Source: Octopus vulgaris | Lineage: Eukaryota | Assembly (NCBI GenBank): GCA_951406725.2 | Contig: OX597819.1 | Coordinates: 101,122,001 to 101,186,000, forward strand | Length of the DNA: 64,000 bases | Reading direction: 5' to 3' | Part shown: positions 16,635-32,890 of the stretch, one piece after another | Layout: each line of letters starts with the position of its first letter | Numbering within the stretch: the first letter of the stretch is position 1 | Program-made: the position numbers and the translations under genes | The notes under the pieces: model-generated | What the model was told of the DNA's origin: nothing | The model's input: only the letters and a program-made list of their open reading frames with translations | The model's database searches: none

Positions 16635-17176
16635 TTGTTTCAGTCATTTCACTGCGGCCATGCTGAAGCACCGCCTTTTAGTCGAGCAAATCACCCCCAG
16701 GACTTAATCTTTGTAAGCCTAGTACTTTTTCTATCGGTCTCTTTTGCCGAACCGCTAAGTTACGGGGACGTAAACACACCAGCATCGGTGTGTCAAGCGA
16801 TATTGGGGGGACAACCACAGACCCACAAACATATACACACATACATAAATACATATATATATAGAATGGGAGAAAGCGCTAATAATCTGAATGATATGAT
16901 CTGAATGATATGATATATATATATGTAAAAAATGTAATATATAAATAAATATCTATAAATATGAACCATCCGATCTTCTGATTACCTCATTTCTTCTAAT
17001 ATATATATATATACGACGGCCTTCTTTCAGAGTCCGTCTAACAAACCCACTCACAAGGCTTTGGTCGGCCCGAGGCTATAGTAGAAGACACTTGCCCAAG
17101 GTACCACGCAGTGGGACTGAACCGGAACAATGCGGTTCGTAAGCAAGCTACTTACCACACAGCCACTCCTATGCCT
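16635..17176 (-). mobile_element. tRNA-SINE family A, near full length
   Basis: Head AGGCATAGGAGTGGCTGTGTGGTAAG..GGTTCAGTCCC, CCTTGGGCAAG core, internal CA/TA microsatellite. Other copies or fragments at 10085-10315, 10945-11105, 27435-27535, 27977-28300, 30907-31305, 32002-32300 and 57571-57780. Confidence 0.85.
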
Positions 17177-17594
17177 ATATATATATATATATGTATATAT
17201 CATTTTATGTATCTTTGTGTTTGCGTTTGTTCCCAATCATCCTGAGACAATGGGGTTGGTTTATTTAGTTTCTTGTTAGAAAGCGGTTCGGTAAAAGATA
17301 AGGATAAAATAAATAAAATTGTTTAAATTATGTATTTTTGTTGATTTGTTCATCAAAATCTCGCAAGGAAACACAGAATTGCAAATGTCAGCGGAGTCTT
17401 GAGCAGAAATCGCTACCAAAAGTTTTTCAAATCACTCTTACTTCACAGCTATTCCACGTACATTTCGAAAGAGATCCATAAAGCAGCAGTCAAGAATCAT
17501 TTGATTGCTATAGATTTGTTATAACCTTAGATCTACAGGATTTCAACTCTCACAATCTCTCCCCCCTCTCTCTCTTTCTCTTTGTATACACACA

Positions 17595-19332
<1,738 letters not shown>

Positions 19333-19961
19333 TATTTCTATTATTATATGTATATGACTGAAACAAGCAGAATATAACAAACAAAATATATATTATATAT
19401 ATGCGTTTGTGTGTGTTTGTACATATATATATATTACATACACACACATATGCATATAAACATATATGTATATATGGAAGGAAAGAGGATGTTTTAGAGA
19501 GAAGAAATATATAAACATGAATTAAATTTGTATGCATTCATATGCTGATACACACTTTCTATGCTCTTTCTCTCCTTTACCCCATCTCCCGTCTCTCCCT
19601 CTCTCACTCTCTAGTGCTCTCCGGCTCTCTGCTCCTGCTTACTGTTTAGTCACAGAGCTGATCAGCTGCCCTGAGCATCTGTCAACATTGATCGATTTTG
19701 AAAAGTTGGTATTTCCACAATAAATGTCAGTTTGAATTTTAATTACGAACCGATGGTTGTACTAAAAAGAAAACCAGAAAATTATTTTCGTCTCAGCAAA
19801 TACGTTATAAAGGAAATAAAATGAGGCAAGAAATAAAATTAAATAAAAGTATGTATGTATGTATGTATGTATGTATGTATGTATGTATGTATGTATGTAT
19901 GTATGTATGTATGTATGTATGTATGTATGTATGTATGTATGTATGTATGTATGTATGTATG

Positions 19962-20041
<80 letters not shown>

Positions 20042-20141
20042 CATATATGTATATGTATATATATGTGTACATATTTGTATGTAAGCGTATAAACGTACAT
20101 ACATAGACAAATTTGACGTTTCTCTTTCTATTATGTGAAGG

Positions 20142-20196
<55 letters not shown>

Positions 20197-20600
20197 ATGT
20201 ATGTATATATGTATGCATGCATTTATATGGATATACACATATAAATACATTTCTTCAAATGATTTAGCTTCTACATATAATTTGTCTAAATAAGCTTTGT
20301 AGAATTACTGCATGTATTCATATCTCATATGTCTACATGTTGATATTTATGTATGTCTACATGTTTATACGTGGGTTCGAGCACACGCACACACACACAA
20401 ACGCCTGCACACACTCACCCACATACACACTTACACATAGATTGAATCACAGAGATATTATTACATGTATATTCATTGTGTGTTTATATTCATATATACA
20501 TATCAAAGTAAGCATACGTATATATATATGAATGTATGTATATATATATATTTATATGTATGTATATATATATATACATTCATATATATACATATATATG

Positions 20601-20664
<64 letters not shown>

Positions 20665-20707
20665 TATAATATACATACATTCATTCAGTCATACATACAT
20701 ACATACA

Positions 20708-21165
20708 CAGAGCTGAAGATCAGTGAAGAAGAGAATACCTACTCTGAACTACTGAGAAATCTGCAGTTACGCTATCTAGATTACAGGTTCAGCTTTATAA
20801 CTGTAAATATTGGGGCCCTGGGATATGTAACATATTACCTAAATAGGCTTCTTGAGAAATTAGGCTTCTCAAAACCAGAAAAGCGAAAGCTGCTTCGAAG
20901 ACTACAGAGCCGAACCCTCACTGGAACTGAAAATTCTGTAAAACTTTCCAGAGGGTTATACTTTATATGGATATGAGCATGTCTAGATATGGAAGTATAT
21001 GCATGAGAAGGCCTACATAAAACAAAGTACGCAAATCTACACACATAGAAAAAATATACCCCTCTTCATGTTTAAACCTCATAGAAGGAGCTTTGGATCC
21101 GGCCCTTCCTTTATTGACAAGAAATCTCAAGATAAAACTGATCAATGACATGCATACATGGATGC
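20708..21165 (+). mobile_element. RLE-type (R4/Dong-like) LINE 3' fragment in (CATA)n
   Basis: [37 protein letters not shown] matches an RLE C-terminus; CATA-type repeats on both sides. Confidence 0.7.
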
Positions 21166-21179
21166 ATAAAAACATACAG

Positions 21180-21815
21180 TCCCCCAAACCGAAAATTTGT
21201 GCATCAATGGTCTTTCTATCTCCCCCATTCCGCACAAAGAATGTTACAAGTACCTAGGCATAGACGAAAATGTATCATATGAAGGGATTCCCAAAATTTG
21301 TGCATCAATGGTCTTTCCAGCACCCCCATTCCGCAAAAAGAATGTTACAAGTACCTAGGCATAGTTGAAAATGTATCATATGAAGGGATTGTGAATAAAG
21401 ATAGTGTGACCCGAGAATATTACACCAGACTTAGGAAAATATGGCGGTCGGAACTCTCCTTTTACAAGAAAACAATATCCCTCAATACATTTTCAGTACC
21501 AGAGCTGACCCCAACATTTGGGATACTTGATTGATCTGTAGAGGAAATCCACATCATAGCTACCAAAACCCGCAAAATCCTGACAACAACAGGGAACTTC
21601 CACAGAAATAGTGATGTTGACAGGCTCTACGTAAGAAGAAATGAAGGTGATAGGGGACTGAGATCAGTGCAGACGGCCTTCAAACACAATATGGTATGTC
21701 TCAGGCAGCACCTGCTAAACAACAGCAGCAAAATTAAATGTAGCTTTGTATCTTTGTTCGAGCCAGTTCCTTCTCCGAAGGAAGATTTGAAATGATTGAA
21801 AGCAAAAGAGAACAT
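21180..21815 (+). mobile_element. R4/Dong-like LINE RT-thumb fragment with a ~100-bp internal tandem duplication
   Basis: YKYLG..KIWRSEL..LNTFSVP..FGIL*..KTRKILT..HRNSDVDRLY..R.EGDRGL; 21192-21290 is repeated at 21291-21390; ends in (CATA)n. Confidence 0.8.
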
Positions 21816-22010
21816 ACGTACATACATACATACATGTACAAAGAAACATACATACCACACACATTACAATTCCAATGCCCCTGGAATAGTAAGATAATAT
21901 GAGAGAAATTGGGATAGTGTGATTGCATATAAGTTAAATACCATTGAATACAAGCTGGTTTACATTACTATAGACATACGATTTTCAATATAGAGAGAGT
22001 GCAAAACAAT

Positions 22011-22380
22011 TTTTATCAAGAATAAAATGTTTTGAATGGTACACCAATGCACAATAATACAAATAATAGGCTATATACCTGTTGTAATTTAACCATACAT
22101 AGTCTGATGATATTTGGGAATAGAAATTCTTCCTCAGATATACCTAGGAACTAATGGAGTCGCTGTTATAATATATATTATGCAATATTATATTATATAT
22201 TATTATATATTGTGCCATATTATAGCAGCGACTCCATCAATTCCTAGGGATATCTGAGGAAGGAATTTTATTCCGAAATATCATCAGACTATGGATGGTT
22301 AAATTACGACAGGTATATAGCCCGTTGTTTGTATTATAGTGCATTGTTGTATCATTCAAATTATTTTATTCTTTATAAAC
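22011..22380. mobile_element. Fold-back element with a canonical-core minimal hammerhead (22249-22285, +)
   Basis: ~160-bp arms around an AT-rich spacer (22172-22218); CTGAGGA-A-GGAAT TTT ATTCC-GAAA-TA-TC. Confidence 0.75.
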
Positions 22381-23739
22381 AATACACAATGATCCAAGCA
22401 AACTACAATATTCTCATAATTTTTATCAGGCAAGTAATATATCACCTTCCAAATTCTGCAGAATTAAGAATGAAAGCAAAGACAACATTTTAGGTGTTGT
22501 AAAATTGATGAACAAAACCTGGAATTTGCGAATGATTTCTGCTTAATATGGGCAGTTGAGCTGTTATGACAGGTCAAATGTGAGGTGCAGTCAGGATCGT
22601 TAGCAGGCCGGACAGAATTTTTAGTGGCATTTCTTCAGTTGCTGCCAAAGTCGAGTATATATATATATTTACACACACAAAATTATGCAGGCGCATGTGT
22701 GTGTTATCTCTGATTATTCGGGGTGTGCATAGTACAGAACCCCTATGGAAGAACTGGCTATAGATTTTGAAGAACTTTCATAATTACCAGGGCTTCCTAG
22801 ATCTCGTAATATATCTCATTCTTAAGCAGAAGAAAGCAGAAATTTTTGTAGTCAAATTTGACCCATTCTGATATTAATTAAAACTTCGCTGTGTACACTT
22901 ATAAGCATGTATCGTTCAGATGACCGAGTAAAAATCAAGACACACTGCTATCATTTCTTTCTTGCGTCAGGAGCTGCAAAACCTATAGGTGACTAAGTTC
23001 TGCAGCTCATTTTAATCATTGAGAGAATCGACCTCGAATTGCAATGTACTTACTTTGCTTGTACTTGCAGTGGTATTCAAGCGTGCTGGATTGAGCCGGT
23101 TCCGACCAACAAAGCATATTCGGATTTGCAGTGGCAGTGCAAGTTCACATATAGTTTTCAGTTATATGCTTGCACGTATTTGGGTAGTATGATTCGTAGT
23201 AGCTAATCGTCTCGTCGGTCGTTGCAGAGGATTTAGCATTCCAAGTTACTGCCGATTAACGGAGTAGCCGCAGCCTGATTTAAAGCGTGGTTCTAGAGAC
23301 AGGTTACAGTGAAATATAACTTTAAAAATCGTGACTTTACGGGAACGGAGATGAAAACAGTTATTTATGCACTGCCGAAAATAGGTAAATATGAGACAAT
23401 CGATGTAACCAAATATTTAGCATGATTTAAAAACAGTGATAGTTGGAAATGTAAAATAAGCAAAAATATCTTCTAATATCCTGTAGGAGTCAAATGAAGA
23501 TATTACATATTCCCAATCACGGCTAGCCCCTTGAAGAGAAAAGATACAAGCATGTTTAATTTACAGGTCTTACACCTAAATTTATAATTCAGCACTTATT
23601 CTTCGTAGTTCGGTCCTCAAACCTTATCCTCTAGAGCATAAGTACACCATTCATATCCTCTCATGGCGCTAGTATTTTTTTGCAACTATCTAAATCTGTT
23701 ATAATTTTTTTTTATTTTAGAAAAGTATGATTTAGTGAT

Positions 23740-23825
23740 AGATAGGCAAACAGACAGGCAGACAGACAGATAGATAAATAGATATATATATATATATATA
23801 TAGATAGATAGATAGATAGATAGAA

Positions 23826-23856
<31 letters not shown>

Positions 23857-23861
23857 TAGAC

Positions 23862-23900
<39 letters not shown>

Positions 23901-23925
23901 TAGATAGATAGATAGATAGATAGAG

Positions 23926-23980
<55 letters not shown>

Positions 23981-24005
23981 GAGATAGATAGATAGATAGA
24001 TAGAT
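23740..24005 (+). repeat. (GATA)n/(GACA)n compound microsatellite
   Basis: Direct inspection. Confidence 0.97.
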
Positions 24006-24129
24006 TAATTTTGTAATTATATGATATTTTAATGTTTTCCCTAATTTTGTAATTCCTTTTCTTACACTTTTCACGAGCGTACTAATTCTATTTTCTTCTT
24101 TCACTCAATGTTTCTTTATTACTTTTGTT

Positions 24130-24215
24130 TATTTTCTGATGAAGAACCTATGTCCGAAATGTTAAGACATTCTCATGTCAATTTCTGAAGTGTTAAACTA
24201 ATACAATATTTGTAA
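24130..24215 (+). ncRNA. Degenerate minimal hammerhead plus PLE tail
   Basis: CTGATGA-A-GAAC CTAT GTCC-GAAA-TG-TT, then TTAAACTAATACA. The same tail motif occurs on minus at ~3955-4005 and a related one after the 2378 motif. Confidence 0.55.
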
Positions 24216-25194
24216 AAAAATTGAGTTTTCTGTATTATTCTTTTTTATGTTGAATGATTTTACACAATATATGCACGTATACATACATATATACAAACAT
24301 AGATACATACACAAATATATACAGACATACGCGTGTGTATGAGTGACTGAATCTGTCTGTGTATGTATGGGTATTTTTGTGCGCGCGTGCGTGCGTGATT
24401 GTGTGTGTGATAACAACTTTAATAAATTTAGCTGACACCTATTCATCAATGGACATTTTATCTGACATATCAAAGAAACAAATATTAAATAAACCATAAC
24501 AACAACAGCATAATGACGTCAGCATTTAAAACAAGCATGAAAAAGAACTACGATATGAACAATAACTTTCTGAAGAGAAACCATAAAAATATAAAATTTG
24601 ATTTACTTTCACAATTAAACATTTACATATTTTCTTTACCCTTTTTTTAAGAAAAAATATTTCTTTCTCTCTCCTTTGTAATGTGATATGGAAATTTGAG
24701 CACTGAACGCACATAAATACACACATGCATACATGTGTACAAATATATATACTTACATAGAAATATGCATACATGCTTATATAAATTGATACAAAGCTAC
24801 ACATACAGTATGTGTCTGCGTACATATATATATATATATATAATTATCGATTTAAATACGATATTCTTCTCTTTATATGAAATATGTATTATTCATGATC
24901 TTTATATTTTCTAAGAAGTAAATGCAGACATTCATACAACAACTAAATTATTTTTTATGTTTTCACTATTTATTTTCTATAATTTCTCTTCCGCTCCCAC
25001 CACTGCATCATCTAATCATATTTTCCTCATAATTTTTTTTTCTTTTCTTATTTGTTACCAATTAGTTTTAACATTTATTCACACTTTTTGCAGTTCCTTT
25101 TCATTCAAGCTTGTTTATAGTAACATTACTGAACATTTTTTCTCTATTTTACTTTCTTTGTTTTTCTTTTTATCTTTATTCTATGGTTGTCTCC

Positions 25195-25482
25195 TCTTCT
25201 TTCTTTCTTTCTTTCTTTCTCACTTCTACTTTTCCTTCTTTTCCTTCCTTTTCTTCTTCTTCTTCTTCTTCTTCTTTTACTCCTTTCCTTCTTCTTTTAC
25301 TTCCTTCTCCTCCTTCTTTTACTTCATTTCCTTCTTCTTCTTTTGCTTCCTTTCATCCTCTTCCTCCTACTTCTCCTCCTCCTCCTCCACTCCTTCTCCT
25401 TCTTCTTCTTCTTCTTCTTCTTCTCCTTCTTCTCCTTCTTCTTATTCTTCTTCTTCTTCTTCTTTTTCTTCTTCTTCTTCTT

Positions 25483-25513
<31 letters not shown>

Positions 25514-25545
25514 TTCTTCTTCTTCTTCTTCATCATCTTCTCTTT
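25195..25545 (+). repeat. (CTT)n-rich polypyrimidine tract
   Basis: Direct inspection. Confidence 0.95.
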
Positions 25546-25643
25546 CGGTAAAGCATTTAAAATCTTCATAAATCATTTATAGTTTTTCTAAAATATTTTT
25601 TTACAATTATGAAACTAGCATCTATTTGAGATCCATTTGTTGC

Positions 25644-25873
25644 TCATCTTGTGATTTCACTTCCATAGTCACACAAAGGAATGTCTGCTCCAAATTCCTT
25701 TCCCCTTTCCAATTTGAAGGCTCTGCTGAGGTCAAATCCTTTTCCACACATCCCATCTGATCCTGAGCTTCTTGGCAATTTTTCAGGTCGTTCCACTTTT
25801 GTATAGTTTGGTGGAATATTTGATTCTCTTTCCTTGAACAAATTCATACGTTGACATTGTTTTGAAACATCTA
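25644..25873 (-). CDS. Candidate terminal coding exon of an unidentified host gene
   Basis: Unique, complex sequence open for ~75 codons (DVSKQCQRMNLFKERES..DIPLCDYGSEITR*) behind a TTTATCATTCCAG|TAG tandem acceptor. I do not recognise the protein. Confidence 0.4.
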
Positions 25874-26489
25874 CTGGAATGATAAACATTGTCAAACAAT
25901 TACCTTAAATGATTGTTTTGATTTTATTAAGATATTGGTAGAAGTGTAGTAGTTTAAAGGAAGGGGTTAAGTACTTCATAACGGCCCTGGTACTTCATAA
26001 GTAATTTATTTTATCGACGCCGAAAGGATAAACACAACGATAATCTCACTGAGATTTGAGCAAGGTTACCCTTTCAACTTATGGGATCGATAAACAAAGT
26101 TCCAATCAAGTAATGGAATCGATGTACTCGACTGTCTCATCCCTCTAAAAACTGCAAGACTCGTACCAAAACAAGAAAAGGTTGTTTGATATGTTTGCCT
26201 CGTTACTTAACTAGATGTTTGAGGTACTAAGCTAGGCAATAATATGGTCTAACTACGTTTGTTCAATGGTCAGTTATTTGAGTCACTTGCTATATTATTG
26301 ATTGTATATTTGGTTAACCACCTATTTGATACAAACATTCATTCTCTTCCAAATTGCTTTTGTCTTTCGAGAGATCTTGTCTGAGACTGTATGCTATTTA
26401 TTTATTTTTTCCTTTATAGTACGTACCTCCTTTATTAGCAAAGAGTAGATGCATATATAAACAATGCAAGTAGTATGAAAGTTCATATA

Positions 26490-27420
26490 GATGGTGCGTA
26501 AGGTATTTGCGTACAGCTATATACTTACACAATCATGACTCTTAGAAACTGACAACAACGCTTTTGTTCCTGAAAAAGATTTTGAGGATAAGAATATATA
26601 TTGTTTCGTCATTTTATCCAATAATATCTCCTTCAACTTCAATGAAGGCTTCTATGTGAGTTCTGAATCGCCTACATGCTATGATCAGTGGCCTGTGTTC
26701 ATATTGGACATTACTCTGTATATGGAGGCTTTCAGGGATTCTTTGGTATTATGAGAGTGCTCATTAAGCTCTTTCTCAACTACGCTCTATATATGGTAGT
26801 GCAATGGATTGAGATCTGGAGAGCTAGGAGGCCAAATGTTGTGGGTTATGTAGTCATAAAAAATTTTCACCATCCATACCTATGTCGCTGTAGCCTTGTA
26901 TGATGGTACCGAGTCTTGTTGAAACACAAAAGTTTTTCCGTTGCGTACATTATCGATCCATGGCTTAATCTCTGTATTCAGAACATCTATGTAGGCAAGA
27001 GATTTTACTCGAAGACCTTGTGGAAAGAAGTGAGGACGCATTACATGTCCTTAGTTGCTGACAACCCCAAAAGCCATGACTGTTGCAGGACTGTTTTGTA
27101 TGCATTACCCTTGGAACTTCCAGGGGATCTATACATAACCATCTGTCATTTCCTCTGTTTATTTTCTAACCTTGATCAAAGTTTGCCTCGTCTGAGAAGA
27201 AGCAAATGACATATTTCTCTGATGGGTTTTTAAGTTTGTTCAGTCTTTTACATCTAATTAAGCGATTTTCCTTCACTGTTTCCAAAATAAAATGACCTCT
27301 TCTGATCACTTAAGATTTGCGGACAACGTTTCGGATTGTTCTTTTTGTCACGTGGTGTTTTTTGCAATCAACCTCATGGATCTTCTGGGATTGTCATCAA
27401 CGATCTACTTCACTTCTTGA
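26490..27420 (-). mobile_element. Tc1/mariner transposase relic
   Basis: Minus-strand translation IWPPSSPDLNPLHY..VVEKELN..HNTKESLK..ACRRFRTHIEA.IE.EG; multiple stops. Confidence 0.88.
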
Positions 27421-27544
27421 ATAGTATCCACTCACACAAAATCCACTCACAAGGATTTCATCGGCCCATCCCATGGTTACAGCAGAAGACACTTGCCCAA
27501 GATACCACGCAGTTGCACTGCACATAGAGCCATGTATGCATACA

Positions 27545-27581
<37 letters not shown>

Positions 27582-27606
27582 GGAGAGAGAGAAAAAGAGA
27601 GTGAGT

Positions 27607-27680
<74 letters not shown>

Positions 27681-29193
27681 AATCTAGCATATGCCGTGAA
27701 CTGACAGCATCATACAGAATGCCTTGCGTATCTTCTCGGCTCTCCAGGCATAACTGTGCACTTATACATTACATCAGATGCCACGAAATAATCTGGAGAG
27801 TATTTTATTCTATTCTCTATCTCATTTTCTTATTTATGTTTTTTAGGTAATATGGAAGTTTTAGAGAAATTACTAGAGGACGAGACACGAGCAAGACTAT
27901 TCTCATATTGTCTTCGATTTTTAAACTCTACTTGACGATTAGTGACAAATTGCTTTCTGAGATTAGAGCACGTATACAGGCGCTTGCATGGCTGTGTTTT
28001 AAGAAGCTTGCAACTCAAACACATGGTTCTGGGTTCGGTACCATTGTGTGGCAACCTTCAGCAAGTGTCTCCTACTACAACCTCGGGGGGACCAAAGCCT
28101 TGTTCGCGCGCGCTTGTACGTGTGTCTTTTTCTCTGTGCTTCCCCCCCACCACCACCACCACTTGGCAACTGGTGCTGGTATGTTAACATCCCCGTAAAC
28201 ATACAAACACTGATAGAATAGGTATCAGGCTTAGCAAAAAATTAAGTTGATTTATTCGATTAAAAATAATTCAGCATGATCGCAGTCTAATGAAAACAAA
28301 GGAAACGAAAGAACTGTTGACTCAAATGTTGTTGCAAATGTTTATTACCAAGACCATCTTCGTTGCACTAGACTATGATCAAAGGCGTTCCAGTTGTGAT
28401 CAACCCGTCTGAGTTTTTATGCGTATAATATACGCTTGTATACGTATAGTATATCACTTTTATACGTATACTATACCTGGTATATTTCGTATTCAAAGTC
28501 AGTATTCTGTAATTTCAAGAAGTGATTTTTATTTCTAGCACGTTGAACGACCGCAAGAGTTCACCCAGGCTGAAGTAAAAATAATTGCTGCTATATTTCT
28601 TGTTTAACTCTACGTCTACTGCGAATAAGAAAATCAAAAATGAAGAGCCTTGTTACTGGGTACCTTGAAGTACATAGTTTACTACACCTTTACGAATTTT
28701 ACGACAGCCGGATGTCACTGCAAAGGGATTTAGCGGCTAATTCTAGCATGTCAACTACAACCTGTAGTTTCCTTCTCCTATATTTGTAGGTGACGGCTCT
28801 GCCAACAGATTAACTCTTGCATCTGTCTGTGGGCTTACATGGCTCTTTGCTTTCATATATAGCGTCCAATATGCTTACTGGTTTCTCTTGTTAAATTATT
28901 CTAGGAATATATATATTTATATATATATATATATATGTTTGTGCGTGTCTGTTCGTGTTCATGTGTCTGTATTTGTACACGCATGTGTAGTTTATAATAC
29001 GTGTAAGTGAAAATGTGAGGGACAGAATGAGAGAGAGTGAGTAAGTACTCCTTTGTAAAAAAAAAGTATGACTATATTTCAGGTTTCTACACAAATACAA
29101 ACAAAACAAAATATGATAAAAGCAGTCATAGTACATGTATGGGTGTGTGAATCTATTATATATGTATGTATGTGTCTATAAGTATATATGCTC

Positions 29194-29235
<42 letters not shown>

Positions 29236-29832
29236 TACATATATACATGTGTGTGTGTATGTCTATGTGCGTTGAAGGTTTATACGTATATGCATTATTC
29301 AATGGCAGAAGATTTTACGGTAAATATTCTTAGAAAAGGGCGGTGCTCTCTCGTAACTGCTGCTTTGATATTTTCCTCATTATTATTATTATTATTGTCA
29401 TTATTATTGTTGTTGTTGTAGCTGCTGTTGTTGAAGTTATTGTTGTTGCTGTTATTCGGTAATCTCCTTCATTTAACTTCTTCCACTTCCTATTTCCATT
29501 CAGCCTCTTCCTTTCTCTCCCATGCTTTCCCTCCTAAATGACAAACACCTAATTTTTTCCTTCCACTCCCACTTTTCTGTACTCACCAACATTGATTTTT
29601 CCCATTTTTTTTTCTATCCATATCCGTTGTCATCAATGTCATCTTCCTTTTTGTCTGCTTCATCGTCATTTTTAGATGATTTTAAACGCTCGGAGTTGAT
29701 AAAGGATCACAGAGGAAAAAAGAAAAATATAATGCTCGTTCTTAGACATCATAACAACGGCTCCTATTGTTATTTGATTTCTTTTTAAATTCATGAATAT
29801 ATACACATATATATATATATACATATATATAC

Positions 29833-29901
<69 letters not shown>

Positions 29902-30229
29902 TGGGAGAGATGTGTGGTGCGTAGGTTAGTGCATATGTAGGTGTGTCTATCGCTGTGTGTTTCTATGTGTACAAATACATACGATCACAGAAAAATATTT
30001 ATGTCCATGTGTATACATATACACATATATGCGCTCATAGGCACATAGGTACAGATATATACATGCATTTATACATACAATTATACAAATATATAAATGT
30101 ATACACACACATATATATATATGTATATATATATAAATATATGTATGTGTATATACATATATACATGCATGTATGTATGCATATATAATACCATATATAT
30201 ATATCTTCAAATATATATATATATATGCT

Positions 30230-30267
<38 letters not shown>

Positions 30268-30813
30268 CATACAAGTGCATAAATGAAAGTATATCTACAT
30301 ATATAAACGCATGTGAGCCCAAACACACTCGCGTGTATATATATGTATGTATGTGTATATATATATATGTGTGTATGCTAGTATTATATCTGTATAATTT
30401 TGTGCGTCTCTCGATATATATTAGTTTATGTCTTTATTGATCTCTTTTAAATATTCTCCATTTAAATTTTTTCCTTTACGTGGAAAGGCAATTTGAATCT
30501 CATGGAATCTAATAAACATTATATTATCACCAGGATGACAACTCATTTTCAAAGGGGACTTACATAAAACTGAATATGTATGTGCGTGAAGAGAGAGTGC
30601 CTGTGAGTGTGTGTTCATGTGTGTAGTATTTTCTGGATAAGATGTTAGAATAAGTAATTTTCTCTGCATATAACCAACTAGCTACGTGTTCATTAAAGCA
30701 TATAAATAAGCGTAAGCCTATGTATTTTGTATATTTATAAATATGTGTATACACAACTGAGTGCAAGTTATAATATATATGTATATCTCTCTCTCCTCTC
30801 TCTCTCAGTATAT

Positions 30814-30847
<34 letters not shown>

Positions 30848-31105
30848 TCACACACATATATATATATATATATATATGTATACACACACACACACATATA
30901 TATATCGTTTCAGGTATTTGACTGCGGCCATGCCGGAGCACTGTCTTCAGTCGACCTGAGGATCAAATCGACCTCAGGACTTTGTAAAACAAGTACTTCT
31001 TTTATAGGGCCCTTTTTCCAAACCGCTAATTACTGGGATGTAAGCACCCCAGCATCAGCTGTCAAGCGATGTTGGGGGAGTAAACACAGGTACACGAACA
31101 TATAA

Positions 31106-31143
<38 letters not shown>

Positions 31144-31303
31144 GATGTGCTTCTTTCAGTTTCCGTTTACCAAATCCACCCACATGGATTTGGTCGGCCC
31201 GAGACTCTAGTAAAATACACTAGCCTAAGGTGGCGTGCAGTGGACCGAACTAGAAGCGCTGTGGTTGGTAAGCAAGCTACTTACCACAAAACAACTCCCG
31301 CGC

Positions 31304-31443
<140 letters not shown>

Positions 31444-32389
31444 TGCATATATATATATTTAAATATTAAATCCATATTCTGCACATCGAAATAAGCACAA
31501 AGAAAGGAAAAAAAGAAACATTGAGAGATAGATAGGTATATAGAAAAATAGATAGATAGACAGACAGATAGATAGATAGATAGTTGTGATGGTAAATCTC
31601 CGTCTATTGATGGCGATAATTCTCTTGTTGACCGTCTGAATTTTCAACTCCTGTGCAGTTGCATTGTTATCTATGTGAAAACTGGAATCTGTAAGTCTGT
31701 ACTTTTTATTTCAGTCTTCTATTTACACCTTCTCATTTTATTCGCATGACAAGGTTCAACTCAGGATTGAACGCACTACCTCACAATTGTGGAATGAGAT
31801 TCTTTAGATATATCGGTAAGTAGGTGCAATTATGTAAATGGTATACTAAATTGCAGATAAATTGAAAAGTAAATATTTGGGTAAAATAGATATGCTAACG
31901 TAAGAATGCGTTTAGAATCAAAATTACTCTTTTCGACGTTATTTAAAAATTTTTGGTTCATTTATTTACTTACTTATTTATTTATTTATTTATTTATTTT
32001 ACTTGTTTCGTTCATTAGAATGTGGCAATTCCGGGTCAATGCCTTGAATAATTTTACCTGACAGAATCGGCACCGGTACTTTTTTTAAACTTTATTTTTA
32101 CTCGGGATCTTATCTTATTGCCCTCTATTATCGAACCGCTTGCTTAAGGAAATTTAAATGCAGGAACACCATTTCTCATGCGGTGATGGGGAACAAACAC
32201 AGGTGCAAAGACCAACTCGCAGGCGCATACATGTATGCACAAACGCACACACATATATGTACACACACATATAATTATACAACGGACTTTTATCCATTTC
32301 TGCCTGCATCTATATTGACCAACACATAAACGTTTACCTGAAGCTTGTTCGCTAGAATTATGAGTTTCATGAATGCCACTACTCTGGTG

Positions 32390-32890
32390 GCCTTCTAAGC
32401 TATGTCGCCCTTAACAAGATCATAAAGTATGGTCTCGACACCGTAGACTCCCCTTCCGAGTTCAGGACAGCGGGGCTAGTCCGCAGGGACCCTAGAAGGC
32501 CGAGCGGTGTGTCAATTTTCCCTTTCCGTAGCGGTAGGTCACATATCTGTGATGCCACATACATTGATATCTCCAGTGGCAACTTCGCGTTATCAGCTGC
32601 CAGTCAAGGTTCTGCTGCTCGTCAGGCTCAGAAAAATAAAACTGTCATGGTATCTGTCGCTCTTTGAAGGGTTTATGGTTGAACGTTTTGTAGTTGAGGC
32701 CTCCGGCGTTCTTGGCCTACGGTCCATATCCCTGCTCATCACTATTGGGGCAGAGATTGCTGTCCGCAAATGCGAGCCCCATGTATCAGAGAGGCTGTTC
32801 CAGTGCTTTTCTCTCGCTATCCTCCGAGGAAACGCGGTTTCCATTTTGTCTGCTGGTGCCATAAGAAATGTTTGTATATTGTGAGAGGAA
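32390..32890 (+). mobile_element. CRE-like non-LTR retrotransposon 3' fragment (RLE)
   Basis: Broken frames ALNKII..GLVRRDPRRPSGVSIFPFRSGRSHICDAT..; VEASGVLG..LFQCFSLAILRGNA. Confidence 0.75.

Noticed and set aside
22104-22137. Antisense CTGATGA..GAAA hammerhead in the left arm of the 22-kb palindrome
   Set aside because: Helix I does not form and the GAAA is absent from the other arm; likely chance.
28790-28905. Plus-strand acceptor followed by a GPI-signal-like hydrophobic peptide (GDGSANRLTLASVCGLTWLFAFIY)
   Set aside because: The frame runs into a microsatellite without a stop or good donor, and no upstream exons were found.
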